This document shows positions 24,978-34,881 of a stretch of 38,087 bases of DNA, in pieces. Origin of the DNA: Candidatus Atribacteria bacterium. Its GTDB lineage: Bacteria; Bacillota; Clostridia; Caldicoprobacterales; UBA3941. Below the pieces are notes generated by a model. It was not told the DNA's origin. It saw only the letters and a program-made list of their open reading frames with translations, and made no database searches. Numbering within the stretch: position 1 is the stretch's first letter; each line of letters opens with the position of its first letter. Position numbers and translations under genes: made by a program. The DNA lies in assembly GCA_041686815.1 (NCBI GenBank), contig JAWLDD010000001.1, positions 1,979-40,065 on the forward strand, written 5' to 3'.

Positions 24978-25706
24978 ATGGTGGGGAAAAATAGGATTTT
25001 CCTTAAGAAGTTGGATTGGAAAAGGATAATAGGAGCTGTTCTTTTAATTACTCTGTTGCTATCCACTGTGTATTCTGCTGTCAAAATAATAAAATCACCT
25101 CATGAAAGCGAAGCAATAGACGAATCTACCAGAGTCAAGAGCGACTATACATTAATGCTGGTACAATGTATTTTAGGCCTTATTGTTATGGTTATACCCT
25201 CTCTAATCGAGAGAAAATGGATGATCAGCATTCCTAACTATATGTACATACTCTATTTCATATTTTTATACTGTGCAATATACCTTGGCGAGGTAAGAAA
25301 CTTTTATTTTGTCATTCCCCATTGGGACACTATATTACATGCCTTTAGCGGAGCAATGCTAGGTGCATTGGGTTTTAGTCTGGTAAGTATCTTAAATGGC
25401 TCCAAGCGTTTGAAGTTAAACTTAAGTCCATTCTTTGTAGCTCTATTTGCCTTTAGTTTCGCACTTGCAGCAGGAGCTATATGGGAGATATATGAGTATA
25501 CATTTGACGGTCTGCTATCACTAAACATGCAAAAGTTCGCTCTAGAAGATGGTACTCTTTTGGTGGGAAGAGCTGCCTTGTCAGATACAATGAAGGATCT
25601 AATTGTAGATGCCCTTAGTGCGCTTATCATATCCATTATAGGCTTTATGACAATTAAAAAGGACAAACTGGCTAAAGAGTACGAAGAAGCCAGCCAGGAA
25701 TCTTAG
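24978..25706 (+). CDS. Polytopic membrane protein of unknown function
   Basis: It has about 6 hydrophobic segments. I cannot assign a family with confidence. The RBS is GAGGTG. Confidence 0.6.
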   Translation: MVGKNRIFLKKLDWKRIIGAVLLITLLLSTVYSAVKIIKSPHESEAIDESTRVKSDYTLMLVQCILGLIVMVIPSLIERKWMISIPNYMYILYFIFLYCAIYLGEVRNFYFVIPHWDTILHAFSGAMLGALGFSLVSILNGSKRLKLNLSPFFVALFAFSFALAAGAIWEIYEYTFDGLLSLNMQKFALEDGTLLVGRAALSDTMKDLIVDALSALIISIIGFMTIKKDKLAKEYEEASQES

Positions 25707-25783
25707 CATTAAATTTGGTATAACTAAGTCATGAGTGTTAAGCAATAATATACAATAATCTAAGAGGAATAAGGAGGGTATTT

Positions 25784-26665
25784 ATGAAATATTTCACTGC
25801 ACTATACAAGGATAGGGACCCGGGGGTTATTAGCATTTTAGAGATCATGGATATAGAGACCGGAATACGGACACCTCTGGCAGAATTTGAAGACTTGATA
25901 GAAGCTCCTAACTGGACTCAAGACGGTAGATACCTTGTATACAATAGTAACGGATATATCTACACTTTGGATTTGGAGACAATGGAAAGAAGAAGGTTGG
26001 ATACGGGCATTGCTACCAGGTGCAATAACGACCATGTCCTTTCACCGGATGGTAAACAGATTGCTGTTAGCCACCATCCTGCCGAGGACGGAAAATCTCG
26101 AATCTACATTCTGCCCTTTGAAGGGGGAGAGGCGAGGCTGGTAACACCATTAGGACCTAGTTATCTTCATGGATGGTCACCAGATGGACAGACCCTATCC
26201 TATTGCGCTGAGCGAAATGGCCAATTTGATGTATATACTATATCCGTCACCGGAGGAGAGGAAACTCAATTGACCAATGAGCCAGGGCTAGATGACGGTC
26301 CTGAGTATTCACCCTGTGGCAATTACATATGGTTTAACTCAACGCGAAGCGGACTTATGCAGATCTGGAGAATGGATAAGGATGGTTCTAACCCAACACA
26401 AATGACCTTTGATCAATCAAATAATTGGTTTCCTCATATTTCGCCCGATGGTCAAAAGGTTGTATATTTAACATACAAAAAGGGTGATGTGGAGCCGAAT
26501 CAGCATCCTGCAAACAAGAATGTAGAGATAAGACTAATGTCTGCCGAGGGTGGTGAATACACTACCTTGGTAAAGCTCTTTGGAGGGCAGGGTACTTTGA
26601 ACGTGAATTCTTGGTCTCCCGATAGCAAGAAATTTGCATTTGTTTCCTATAGGTTAAAAACTTGA
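25784..26665 (+). CDS. TolB-like beta-propeller (PD40/WD40-like repeat) protein, no obvious signal peptide
   Basis: It has repeated PD40-type segments ([61 protein letters not shown]). The RBS is AAGGAGG. Confidence 0.7.
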   Translation: MKYFTALYKDRDPGVISILEIMDIETGIRTPLAEFEDLIEAPNWTQDGRYLVYNSNGYIYTLDLETMERRRLDTGIATRCNNDHVLSPDGKQIAVSHHPAEDGKSRIYILPFEGGEARLVTPLGPSYLHGWSPDGQTLSYCAERNGQFDVYTISVTGGEETQLTNEPGLDDGPEYSPCGNYIWFNSTRSGLMQIWRMDKDGSNPTQMTFDQSNNWFPHISPDGQKVVYLTYKKGDVEPNQHPANKNVEIRLMSAEGGEYTTLVKLFGGQGTLNVNSWSPDSKKFAFVSYRLKT

Positions 26666-26767
26666 GGCTTTACTTAGCCAAGGGAAAAAATATGTGTTAA
26701 TATATAAAAAGGTATAGGTGACAAGCCTAACAAGATAAACATATTTTGCTTTTGGAGGAATTATTTA

Positions 26768-28924
26768 GTGGACTATATTATAAAGGAATTGGCTCAACAT
26801 TTTAAGATTAGCCAGAAACAGGTTGCTGACACCGTTGCCCTAATAGATGAAGGCAACACCATTCCCTTTATAGCCAGATATAGAAAGGAAGTTACCGGAG
26901 GCCTGGATGATGCCCTTCTCCGTGACCTCTATGACAGGCTAACATATCTTCGGAATATGCAGACTAGACGGGAAGAGATCATCAGACTTATAGATGAGCA
27001 GGGCAAGCTGGATGAAGAGCTGGTGGCCAAGATAAATAGTGCTGCTACCATGACGGAGCTTGAGGACATCTATAGACCCTACAGACCAAAAAGAAGGACT
27101 AGAGCCATCATTGCCAAAGAAAAAGGTCTAGAGCCCCTAGCAGACATATTATTTGATCAGCAAATTATGGAAGGAGATATTCTTGAGATAGCTGCTTCCT
27201 ATATAGATCCAGAAAAAGAGGTTAATACAGCACAAGAAGCGCTACAGGGAGCAATGGACATTGTGGCTGAAATGTTGTCCGATGATGCTGATCTCAGAAA
27301 GGCTATAAGGGAGCATACCTTCAGGCATGGATTGATAGTAACCAAAGGCCAACCCGAGGAAGAATCCGTCTATGAGATGTACTATGAGTACAGTGAAGCC
27401 GTAAGGCGAATCCTACCCCATAGGATTTTGGCCATAAACCGAGGGGAAAAAGAAGGCTTTCTAAGCGTTAAGATAGATGTTGATGAGCAGATCATTATAA
27501 ACCTAATGGAGAATAGGGTCGTAACCAACAGGAAAAGCATAGTATTTCCCTATATTCAAGAGGTGATACTAGACTCCTATAAACGGCTTATTGCACCATC
27601 CATTGAGAGAGAAATTCGAAATCAGCTGACAGAAGTAGCCGAGGAGCAAGCTATAAAGGTTTTCGGAGAGAATCTCAATAACCTCCTACTTCAGCCTCCA
27701 ATTAAAGGGAAGATAGTTATGGGTCTGGACCCTGGCTATCGTACTGGTAATAAGGTGGCGGTGGTGGATGAAACTGGAAAGGTGTTGGACACCGGGATAG
27801 TATATATGACCTTGCCCCACCATGATGTAGACAAAGCCAAGGACTATTTAAAGGCGTTAATAGCCAAACATAAGGTTGATATAATTGCAATAGGTAACGG
27901 AACAGCATCCAAAGAAACCGAGATAGTAGTGGATGATTTGCTAAAGGAGATAGATAGTCAGGTTTTCTATATAGTAGTTAATGAAGCAGGAGCTTCGGTA
28001 TACTCGGCTTCGGCCTTAGGTAGTGAAGAGTTTCCTGACTTCGATGTAGCCTTAAGGAGTGCTATATCCATTGCTAGAAGATTGCAAGATCCTCTAGCTG
28101 AGCTGGTAAAAATTGATCCCAAAGCCATTGGGGTAGGACAGTATCAGCATGACGTTAACCAGAAAAGGCTTGCTGATACCCTACAAGGGGTAGTGGAAAG
28201 CTGTGTAAACAATGTAGGAGTGGATCTAAACACAGCCTCTCCATCCTTACTTCAATATGTTTCTGGCATCAGTAAAGGGGTATCAAAAAATATCGTTGCC
28301 TATAGGGAGGAAAAGGGTAAGTTTACCTCCCGAAAAGAGCTTTTAAAGGTTAGCAAACTAGGACCGAAAACTTTTGAACAATGTGCCGGGTTTCTCAGGA
28401 TACCCGATGCTCCAAATGTACTGGACAACACCGCTGTTCATCCAGAATCCTATGACGCTACCATAAAACTTTTAGAGCTTAATGGTTATTCCCTTGATGA
28501 TATGTCCAAGGATAAAATTAAGGAACTACAAAAATCCGCGGAGAGCTGGAACCTAGAAGAGCTATCAGTCACTTTGGGTATAGGCATCCCAACCCTAAAG
28601 GATATCTTGGAGGAGCTAAAAAAGCCAGGACGGGATCCGAGGGAGGAGCTTCCTCAACCTGTTCTTCGAACCGATGTTATGGACATCAACGACCTAAAAC
28701 CCGATATGATACTTACGGGAACCGTCCGCAATGTTGTGGATTTTGGAGCTTTTGTAGATATTGGGGTGCATCAGGACGGCTTGGTACATATCTCTCAGCT
28801 AGCTGACAGGTATGTAAATCATCCCATGGATGTAGTGCAGGTGGGTGATATCGTAAAGGTTAAAGTGTTAAGCGTGGATGTTAAGCGTAACAGGATTTCT
28901 CTAACCATGAGAGATATAGATTAG
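26768..28924 (+). CDS. tex: Tex/YhgF transcription accessory protein (S1 RNA-binding domain)
   Basis: It has the Tex N-terminal motif TIPFIARYRKE, a YqgF/RuvC-like segment (GLDPGYRTG, IAIGNGTASKETE), HhH repeats and a C-terminal S1 domain. The GTG start follows GGAGG. Confidence 0.95.
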   Translation: MDYIIKELAQHFKISQKQVADTVALIDEGNTIPFIARYRKEVTGGLDDALLRDLYDRLTYLRNMQTRREEIIRLIDEQGKLDEELVAKINSAATMTELEDIYRPYRPKRRTRAIIAKEKGLEPLADILFDQQIMEGDILEIAASYIDPEKEVNTAQEALQGAMDIVAEMLSDDADLRKAIREHTFRHGLIVTKGQPEEESVYEMYYEYSEAVRRILPHRILAINRGEKEGFLSVKIDVDEQIIINLMENRVVTNRKSIVFPYIQEVILDSYKRLIAPSIEREIRNQLTEVAEEQAIKVFGENLNNLLLQPPIKGKIVMGLDPGYRTGNKVAVVDETGKVLDTGIVYMTLPHHDVDKAKDYLKALIAKHKVDIIAIGNGTASKETEIVVDDLLKEIDSQVFYIVVNEAGASVYSASALGSEEFPDFDVALRSAISIARRLQDPLAELVKIDPKAIGVGQYQHDVNQKRLADTLQGVVESCVNNVGVDLNTASPSLLQYVSGISKGVSKNIVAYREEKGKFTSRKELLKVSKLGPKTFEQCAGFLRIPDAPNVLDNTAVHPESYDATIKLLELNGYSLDDMSKDKIKELQKSAESWNLEELSVTLGIGIPTLKDILEELKKPGRDPREELPQPVLRTDVMDINDLKPDMILTGTVRNVVDFGAFVDIGVHQDGLVHISQLADRYVNHPMDVVQVGDIVKVKVLSVDVKRNRISLTMRDID

Positions 28925-28962
28925 AAGTTAGAAGTTGAAAGTTAGAAATTGGGGGTTTGGAA

Positions 28963-30069
28963 ATGATTCTGATTAAAAATGGTAAGATCCTTACTATGAG
29001 TGACAGGGTTTATGAGAAAGGCGATATTCTAATAGAAGGTAAAGAGATCAAGGAGATAGGGGAAAGCATCGATGCACCTGCTGGTGTAGAAGTTATTGAT
29101 GCACAGGGCATGTGGGTAATGCCAGGCATAGTGGATGCCCATTGTCATATTGGAATGTGGGAGGACGGAATAGGTTTCGAAGGCTCTGACGGAAACGAAG
29201 CTACTAATCCCGTTACTCCAGCCCTTAGGGCAATTGATGGTATAAACCCTGAGGACAATTGCTTCCGCGAAGCCAGAGAACATGGCATTACGTCGGTGGT
29301 TACAGGTCCAGGCAGCGCTAATGTGATAGGCGGACAGTTTGCTGCCCTTAAAACCTATGGTAGGCGTGTGGACGATATGGTAATTAGAGAGCCACTAGCC
29401 CTTAAAGTAGCGTTTGGGGAAAACCCAAAGAGGGTATACAACGGTCAGCGCAAATCACCTAGCACCCGTATGGCAACAGCTGCAATTCTAAGGGAGAACT
29501 TGGTTAAAGCTCAAGAATACAAAAAGAAGATGGAAAAAGGGAAACAAGATCCCGACAAGATGCCAGAGCGGGATTTGAATATGGAGATTTTGGTAAAGGT
29601 ATTAAACCATGAAATTCCTATAAAAGCCCATGCACATCGCGCTGACGACATCTTAACCGCCCTTCGCATAGCAAAAGAGTTCGACGTGGATATTACCTTA
29701 GACCATTGCACCGAAGGTCATAGGATTGCGGATTTTTTACAGGAGGAAAATGCTAAGGTTATCCTAGGACCTCTCTTTAGCGATCGTAGTAAGGTTGAGC
29801 TAAGGAACATGACCTTTAAGGCACCTGGAATCCTTTCTAAGGTTGGGGTAAAGGTAGCTATGATGACAGATCATCCTGTTATCCCCATACAGTATCTGCC
29901 TGTATGTGCTGCCATTGCAGTAAAAGAGGGCATGGATGAAATGGAGGCTCTAAAGTCCATTACCATAAACGCTGCAGAGATTACAGGCATAGCTGACAGG
30001 GTAGGAAGCTTAGAACCAGGGAAAGATGCTGACATAGTAATATACGATGGACATCCTTTGGATTTTTAG
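28963..30069 (+). CDS. Amidohydrolase-superfamily protein, 3' end disrupted by a 1-nt frameshift
   Basis: It has the metal-binding HCH motif (VDAHCHIG) and the C-terminal GKDADIVIYDG motif. The conserved C-terminal tail continues in the +1 frame to 30124 (see findings). Confidence 0.85.
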   Translation: MILIKNGKILTMSDRVYEKGDILIEGKEIKEIGESIDAPAGVEVIDAQGMWVMPGIVDAHCHIGMWEDGIGFEGSDGNEATNPVTPALRAIDGINPEDNCFREAREHGITSVVTGPGSANVIGGQFAALKTYGRRVDDMVIREPLALKVAFGENPKRVYNGQRKSPSTRMATAAILRENLVKAQEYKKKMEKGKQDPDKMPERDLNMEILVKVLNHEIPIKAHAHRADDILTALRIAKEFDVDITLDHCTEGHRIADFLQEENAKVILGPLFSDRSKVELRNMTFKAPGILSKVGVKVAMMTDHPVIPIQYLPVCAAIAVKEGMDEMEALKSITINAAEITGIADRVGSLEPGKDADIVIYDGHPLDF

Positions 30070-30145
30070 ATCCAAGACGGTTTGGGTCTTTATCGATGGG
30101 CATGCAGTTAAGAAGCCTGAATAATGCCTATTGTGTATTTTGGTC

Positions 30146-30174
30146 TTGATTTTTCATTAAATATTAGTTATTAT
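30146..30174 (+). promoter_or_regulatory. Candidate sigma-A promoter of the FMN riboswitch-ribU unit
   Basis: TTGATT (30146-30151) is followed by a 17-nt spacer and TATTAT (30169-30174). Confidence 0.55.
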
Positions 30175-30198
30175 ATAGTTGAAAACCGAATAAATATT

Positions 30199-30318
30199 AA
30201 CTATCTTCGGGGCAGGGTGAAATTCCCTACCGGCGGTATAGCCCGCGACTCCTTTAATAAAGGATTGACTCGGTGAGATTCCGGGGCCGACAGTTAAAGT
30301 CTGGATGGGAGAAGGTGG
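30199..30318 (+). promoter_or_regulatory. FMN riboswitch (RFN element) aptamer
   Basis: The conserved core reads CTTCGGGGCAGGGTGAAATTCCCTACCGGCGGT...AGCCCGCGA...GGTGAGATTCCGGGGCCGACAGTTAAAGTCTGGATGGGAGAAGGTG. Confidence 0.95.
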
Positions 30319-30350
30319 TGACATTATGGTCATTTTGTATTGGATAGAAT

Positions 30351-30380
30351 AATCCCCCCGAAGCTATTGGGGGGATTTTA
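30351..30380 (+). terminator. Expression-platform terminator of the FMN riboswitch
   Basis: ATCCCCCC (30352-30359) pairs with GGGGGGAT (30369-30376) and is followed by TTTTATT. The 5' arm CCCCGAAG can alternatively pair with the P1 strand CTTCGGGG (30205-30212). Confidence 0.85.
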
Positions 30381-30418
30381 TTATGAAAAAATTTATTAAT
30401 TATATGGGGAGGATTAAG

Positions 30419-31042
30419 ATGATTGATCAAGGATCAGTGGGAAACAAAGCATTTTCTCGTGAGGTGTACTCTTTAAACGGAATTGTAAAACTAGCTCTGT
30501 TGTCTGCTATAGCTTTTGTACTCATGCTCCTGGAGTTGCCGTTACCCTTATTTCCATCATTTTTGAAGATTGATTTAAGCGATTTGCCTGCACTTATAGG
30601 CGGCTTTGCTTTGGGACCTGTGGCAGCTGTTATAGTGGAGTTTATCAAAAACGTATTTCACTTTATATTTAAAAACGATGGAACCGGTGGAGCAGGAAAT
30701 CTAGCCAATTTCATAGTAGGAATCAGCTTTACCGTACCTGCAGCTATTATATATATGAGGAACAAGACCAAAAATGGTGCAATTATAGGGATGATAGTAG
30801 GAACCATACTTATGGCTGTTCTTTCTTCCTTCGCTAATTACTATATCCTGATTCCGCTTTATGCTAAGCTCTATTCTATGGATGTAGTAATGGGCTTAAT
30901 GACTCAGGCTAACAATAAGATAGTGGACGTTAGGACCTATGTAATATATGCTGTTATACCCTTTAATCTGCTAAAGGCAATATTTACGTCAATAGTAGCC
31001 CTTTTGATTTACAAGCATGTATCACCAATACTACACAAATAA
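30419..31042 (+). CDS. ribU: ECF-type riboflavin transporter S component
   Basis: It has a RibU-like TM pattern (LELPLPLFPSFLKIDLSDLPALIGGFALGP) and is preceded by an FMN riboswitch. I chose the ATG at 30419, 6 nt after GGGAGGA. The 30383 ATG abuts the terminator T-tract and has no SD. Confidence 0.85.
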   Translation: MIDQGSVGNKAFSREVYSLNGIVKLALLSAIAFVLMLLELPLPLFPSFLKIDLSDLPALIGGFALGPVAAVIVEFIKNVFHFIFKNDGTGGAGNLANFIVGISFTVPAAIIYMRNKTKNGAIIGMIVGTILMAVLSSFANYYILIPLYAKLYSMDVVMGLMTQANNKIVDVRTYVIYAVIPFNLLKAIFTSIVALLIYKHVSPILHK

Positions 31043-31132
31043 AGGGTATCCATCAGGATTTTAGATTGATCTTATTCGCAATCATGAAGTATACAAACAA
31101 AAGAATAGCACAACAGATAATATATCCACATA

Positions 31133-31162
31133 AGAGCCGGGCAGCCGGCTCTGGTGTTTTTT
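31133..31162 (+). terminator. Rho-independent terminator downstream of ribU
   Basis: AGAGCCGG-GCAG-CCGGCTCT is followed by GGTGTTTTTT. Confidence 0.6.
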
Positions 31163-31173
31163 GGGCAAATCTC

Positions 31174-31202
31174 TTGTTAGACCGATAGAATAAGGATATA
31201 AT
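31174..31202 (+). promoter_or_regulatory. Candidate sigma-A promoter of the tsaE operon
   Basis: TTGTTA (31174-31179) is followed by a 17-nt spacer and TATAAT (31197-31202). Confidence 0.5.
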
Positions 31203-31275
31203 AGTAATGATTTTTGTGATGTTGTTTATACAATGGGTTATAGGATAATATATAATGTTTTGTGGAGTGGGTTGC

Positions 31276-31743
31276 ATGAAGGAAATCTATACCTATTCGG
31301 AAAGGGATACGGAAAATCTAGGTGAAAAAATAGGAAAGTTGGCATGGCCGGGTATGATAATTCTCTTAAGAGGGGATTTGGGTACGGGTAAAACCGTATT
31401 GACTCGGGGAATAGCCAGAGGGCTAGGCATAGAGGAACCAGTTACCAGCCCTACATATACCTTGATTCATCAATATAGTGGAAGACTGCCTCTTCATCAT
31501 TTTGATATATACAGGCTCAGCGATGCCGAGGAGATGTATGATTTGGGCTATGAGGAATTATTCTACGGTCAAGGAGTATCTGTAGTGGAGTGGCCCGAGA
31601 GAATGGAGGATTTGGGTCCTGACCAATACCTAGAGATTACCATAGAGAAGAGATCCATAGATGATGAAGATCAGCGTGTAATCAGGATAGTGTCCCAAGG
31701 AGAAGCATATGAGAAATTTGAAAAGGAATTGATGAACCTATGA
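31276..31743 (+). CDS. tsaE: tRNA t6A37 biosynthesis ATPase TsaE (YjeE)
   Basis: It has the P-loop GDLGTGKT, followed by TSPTYTL and HFDIYRL. Confidence 0.9.
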   Translation: MKEIYTYSERDTENLGEKIGKLAWPGMIILLRGDLGTGKTVLTRGIARGLGIEEPVTSPTYTLIHQYSGRLPLHHFDIYRLSDAEEMYDLGYEELFYGQGVSVVEWPERMEDLGPDQYLEITIEKRSIDDEDQRVIRIVSQGEAYEKFEKELMNL

Positions 31744-32435
31744 AGATATTAGCAGTTGAATCATCGGGAATGGTGGCCGCCGCAGCTATTGTTGATCAGG
31801 ATAAGCTGATAGGTGAGTTTTTGTTGGATCATGGTAAAACCCATTCTCAACAGTTGATGCCCCTTATAGATCAATTACTTAATAATCTGGATATGAAGCT
31901 TACGGATATTGATGCCATAGCGGTATCAAAGGGCCCCGGCTCCTTTACCGGCCTTAGGATAGGCATAGCTACGGTTAAAGGGCTAGCACAGGCTATAGAC
32001 AAGCCTGTTATAGGAGTGCCGACTTTGGATGGATTGGCATATAACCTGTCCTTCAGGGAGGGTTTGATATGTCCAATAATGGATGCCAGAAGGGAGCAGG
32101 TATATACATCCATATATCGATCTAAGGGCGAATTAAAGCGCATTGATGACTATATGGCTGTTCCGGTAGTGGACTTAATCAAAAAGCTAAAGGCATATGA
32201 TGAGCCGGTAATCTTTAATGGAGACGGAGTACCTGTATATCAGGATATTATAAAAAAAGAAATGGGAGATCAGGCATCGATGGCACCTACCAACCTACTC
32301 ATGCAGCGAGCTTCTTCCATTGCCTGTTTGGCTTTGGACATGTTCCGATCCAACGAAGTTCAAAGCTATTTGGAATTAGTTCCCTTCTACCTAAGAAAAT
32401 CTCAGGCAGAGCAAAAATTTGCTTCAAAGGGCTAG
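31740..32435 (+). CDS. tsaB: tRNA t6A37 biosynthesis protein TsaB (YeaZ)
   Basis: It has the ILAVESS...GPGSFTGLRIG motif and an ATGA overlap with tsaE. Confidence 0.9.
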   Translation: MKILAVESSGMVAAAAIVDQDKLIGEFLLDHGKTHSQQLMPLIDQLLNNLDMKLTDIDAIAVSKGPGSFTGLRIGIATVKGLAQAIDKPVIGVPTLDGLAYNLSFREGLICPIMDARREQVYTSIYRSKGELKRIDDYMAVPVVDLIKKLKAYDEPVIFNGDGVPVYQDIIKKEMGDQASMAPTNLLMQRASSIACLALDMFRSNEVQSYLELVPFYLRKSQAEQKFASKG

Positions 32436-32448
32436 GAGGAGGCAGTTT

Positions 32449-32907
32449 ATGGACGAGTTATGGGTAAGGCCCATGAAATCGGAAGACATCGATGAGGTGT
32501 TAAAAATCGAAAGGCTGTGTTTTTCCACCCCTTGGTCCTATCAAGCCTTTAAATCTGAGATAGAGGGTAATCACTGTGCCAGATATGTAGTGGCGGAGCG
32601 GGAAGGCCATGTAATCGGATACGGGGGAATGTGGATTATTCTGGACGAAGCCCATATAACCAATGTAGCTGTTCATCCCCATTATAGAGGTAAAGGGATA
32701 GGTGAGGCTTTAATGAAAGCATTGATTAACACTGCAGCTCAACTCAAGATAACAAGCATGACTTTGGAAGTTCGTGTTTCCAACAAGATCGCTCAAAACC
32801 TGTATGAAAAGCTGGGTTTTATGGGCGTAGGGGTTAGGAAAGGATATTACACCGATAATGGCGAAGATGCTCTTATCATGTGGAAGGATAAGCTTACCAA
32901 ATACTGA
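32449..32907 (+). CDS. rimI: Ribosomal-protein-alanine N-acetyltransferase (GNAT)
   Basis: It has the GNAT motif A (HPHYRGKGIGEALM) and the canonical position between tsaB and tsaD. The ATG at 32449 follows GGAGGAGG. Confidence 0.9.
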   Translation: MDELWVRPMKSEDIDEVLKIERLCFSTPWSYQAFKSEIEGNHCARYVVAEREGHVIGYGGMWIILDEAHITNVAVHPHYRGKGIGEALMKALINTAAQLKITSMTLEVRVSNKIAQNLYEKLGFMGVGVRKGYYTDNGEDALIMWKDKLTKY

Positions 32908-32914
32908 TGGGGGA

Positions 32915-33631
32915 ATGATTTTGGATACAGGATTGGCGAGGGTAACCATAAAGATCTTTGGACTTATAGCTATCGCTTTTTTAATACTAGGCCTTTTGTT
33001 GACCGATATTTTTTGGGTAGCTTTTGATATTAATCATTATAAAAGAGAATATGCGAAACTTGGTATCTCAGAATCCACTGGCATGAACAGTGAGGATCTG
33101 TTAAATACTACCCATGAGCTTCTTGATTACATTAGAGGGAAAAGAGAAGACCTGAAGATCTCCGCTGTAGTCCATGGGCAGGAGCGATTGGTATTCAATC
33201 AAAGAGAAATAGACCATATGGTGGACGTGAAGGATCTTTTTTCACTGGCCTTCAACCTTAGATGGATTTCTTTTGGGATTTTTGCGCTATTTTTTTCCAT
33301 ATTAGCTAAGCTAAAGGGCAAAGATGCCATTAGAAACCTATGTATCACATATTTAGTGGTATTAGCTGTATTGATGGTAATTGCAATAGTGCTCATCGCT
33401 TTTATCTTTATAGATTTTACGGCCGTGTGGGATCAATTCCACTATATATTTTTCGATAATGATCTTTGGCTTCTGAATCCTGACACGGATATAATGATTC
33501 AGATGGTACCGGAAATGTTTTTTTATGATACCGTTATGAGAATTTTGGGTTTGTTTGCTCTTAAGTTGATTGCTTTAGCCATATACTCAGGATTCATACT
33601 GCTGAGAGGGACAAGATTTAGAAGGGTATAG
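32915..33631 (+). CDS. TIGR01906/DUF1461-type integral membrane protein (family of the lipoprotein intramolecular transacylase Lit); start uncertain
   Basis: It has one N-terminal TM, a soluble loop and then 3-4 TMs, with FDNDLWLLNPDTD...PEMFF typical of this family as I recall it. Possible in-frame starts are ATG 32915 and TTG 32921. Confidence 0.6.
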   Translation: MILDTGLARVTIKIFGLIAIAFLILGLLLTDIFWVAFDINHYKREYAKLGISESTGMNSEDLLNTTHELLDYIRGKREDLKISAVVHGQERLVFNQREIDHMVDVKDLFSLAFNLRWISFGIFALFFSILAKLKGKDAIRNLCITYLVVLAVLMVIAIVLIAFIFIDFTAVWDQFHYIFFDNDLWLLNPDTDIMIQMVPEMFFYDTVMRILGLFALKLIALAIYSGFILLRGTRFRRV

Positions 33632-33710
33632 GTGTAGAAATCATTGTGGTAAAAGATTTACTGGTAAGGTAAGGATAGAATAGACTAATAGGACGATGAA
33701 AGGTGAAGAG

Positions 33711-34781
33711 ATGACATACTTTAGTGACATGAAAGAAAAAGCCCAGAGCTTGGTGAATAAAAAGGATATTATTATTCTAGGAATTGAAACATCCTGCGAT
33801 GAGACTTCTGCAGCGGTCGTAATAAAAGGAAGAAAATTTTTATCTCATAAGATAGCATCTCAGATTGAACTGCATAAAAAGTATGGAGGAGTAGTACCTG
33901 AGATTGCATCCAGAAAGCATGTTGAGGTAATAAATCCCTTGATCCGGGAGACAATAGAGGAAGCTGACATAGCACTAGATAGCCTAGACGCAATAGCAGT
34001 AACCTATGGCCCGGGATTGGTAGGCGCTTTGTTGGTAGGCGTATCCACAGCCAAGGCACTGGCCTATGGTTTATCCATACCCCTGGTTGGAGTTCATCAT
34101 ATTGAGGGGCATATAAGCGCTAACTATATTGAGCACCCGGAACTTACCCCTCCATTTTTGTGCTTGGTGGCATCAGGAGGCCATAGTCATCTGGTTTGGG
34201 TAGAGCATTATGGCAAATACCAAGTTTTGGGTCAAACGTTAGACGATGCGGCAGGAGAGGCATATGATAAGGTAGCCAGAACTTTGGGGCTAGGTTATCC
34301 CGGAGGGCCTATAATAGACAAATTAGCGCAAAAAGGTGATCCACACTTTGTAGAGTTTCCTAGACCAAATATCAAGGAACCTCACTACAACTTCAGCTTC
34401 AGTGGTTTAAAAACTGCGGTTATCAACCATCTTCATACCATGAAGCAGCGTGGCCAACATTACCGAGTAGAGGATATAGCTGCCAGTTTTCAGCAGGCGG
34501 TAGTTGATTTACTGGTCAATAAAACAATGAGAGCTGCTATGGATAAAGGCACCCAAAAGGTTGTGTTGGCAGGAGGAGTAGCAGCAAATTCAGCTCTAAA
34601 GGCTCACTTGGAGGAAGAAACGCGAAGAAGAGGGATAAAGCTGTATTATCCAACACCTTTGTTATGCACAGACAACGGCGCTATGATTGCCTGTGCAGGC
34701 CATTACAAGCTAATGCGGGGTGGGATCTCCGATTTGACATTAAATGCAGTTCCAGGTTTATCCCTAGTAGAACAGCCATAA
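33711..34781 (+). CDS. tsaD: tRNA N6-adenosine threonylcarbamoyltransferase TsaD (Kae1/Gcp)
   Basis: It has the motifs [29 protein letters not shown] and GGVAANS. The start is ambiguous (33696, 33711 or 33729). I chose 33711, after AGGTG. Confidence 0.93.
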   Translation: MTYFSDMKEKAQSLVNKKDIIILGIETSCDETSAAVVIKGRKFLSHKIASQIELHKKYGGVVPEIASRKHVEVINPLIRETIEEADIALDSLDAIAVTYGPGLVGALLVGVSTAKALAYGLSIPLVGVHHIEGHISANYIEHPELTPPFLCLVASGGHSHLVWVEHYGKYQVLGQTLDDAAGEAYDKVARTLGLGYPGGPIIDKLAQKGDPHFVEFPRPNIKEPHYNFSFSGLKTAVINHLHTMKQRGQHYRVEDIAASFQQAVVDLLVNKTMRAAMDKGTQKVVLAGGVAANSALKAHLEEETRRRGIKLYYPTPLLCTDNGAMIACAGHYKLMRGGISDLTLNAVPGLSLVEQP

Positions 34782-34795
34782 TGGCTGTTTTTTAT
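34771..34795 (+). terminator. Rho-independent terminator overlapping the tsaD stop codon
   Basis: AACAGCCA-TAA-TGGCTGTT is followed by TTTTAT. Confidence 0.75.
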
Positions 34796-34881
34796 TTGGA
34801 TAAAAAAGCTGCGGTGGGAGAACATAGTAATGGTTAAAACATGTGCAAAGACATGAATAAGATATTGAGGTGATGTTGTAA

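Noticed and set aside
28924-28951. Four degenerate tandem heptamers (GAAGTTA GAAGTTG AAAGTTA GAAATTG) between tex and the amidohydrolase
   Set aside because: The tract is short and degenerate, and it merges into the SD region of the next gene. It has no symmetry and no further copies in the window, so it is probably a chance purine-rich spacer.
31053-31277. Minus-strand 74-aa ORF in the ribU-tsaE intergenic region
   Set aside because: It spans a plus-strand terminator hairpin and the tsaE promoter. It has no SD and no family resemblance, so it is most likely non-coding.
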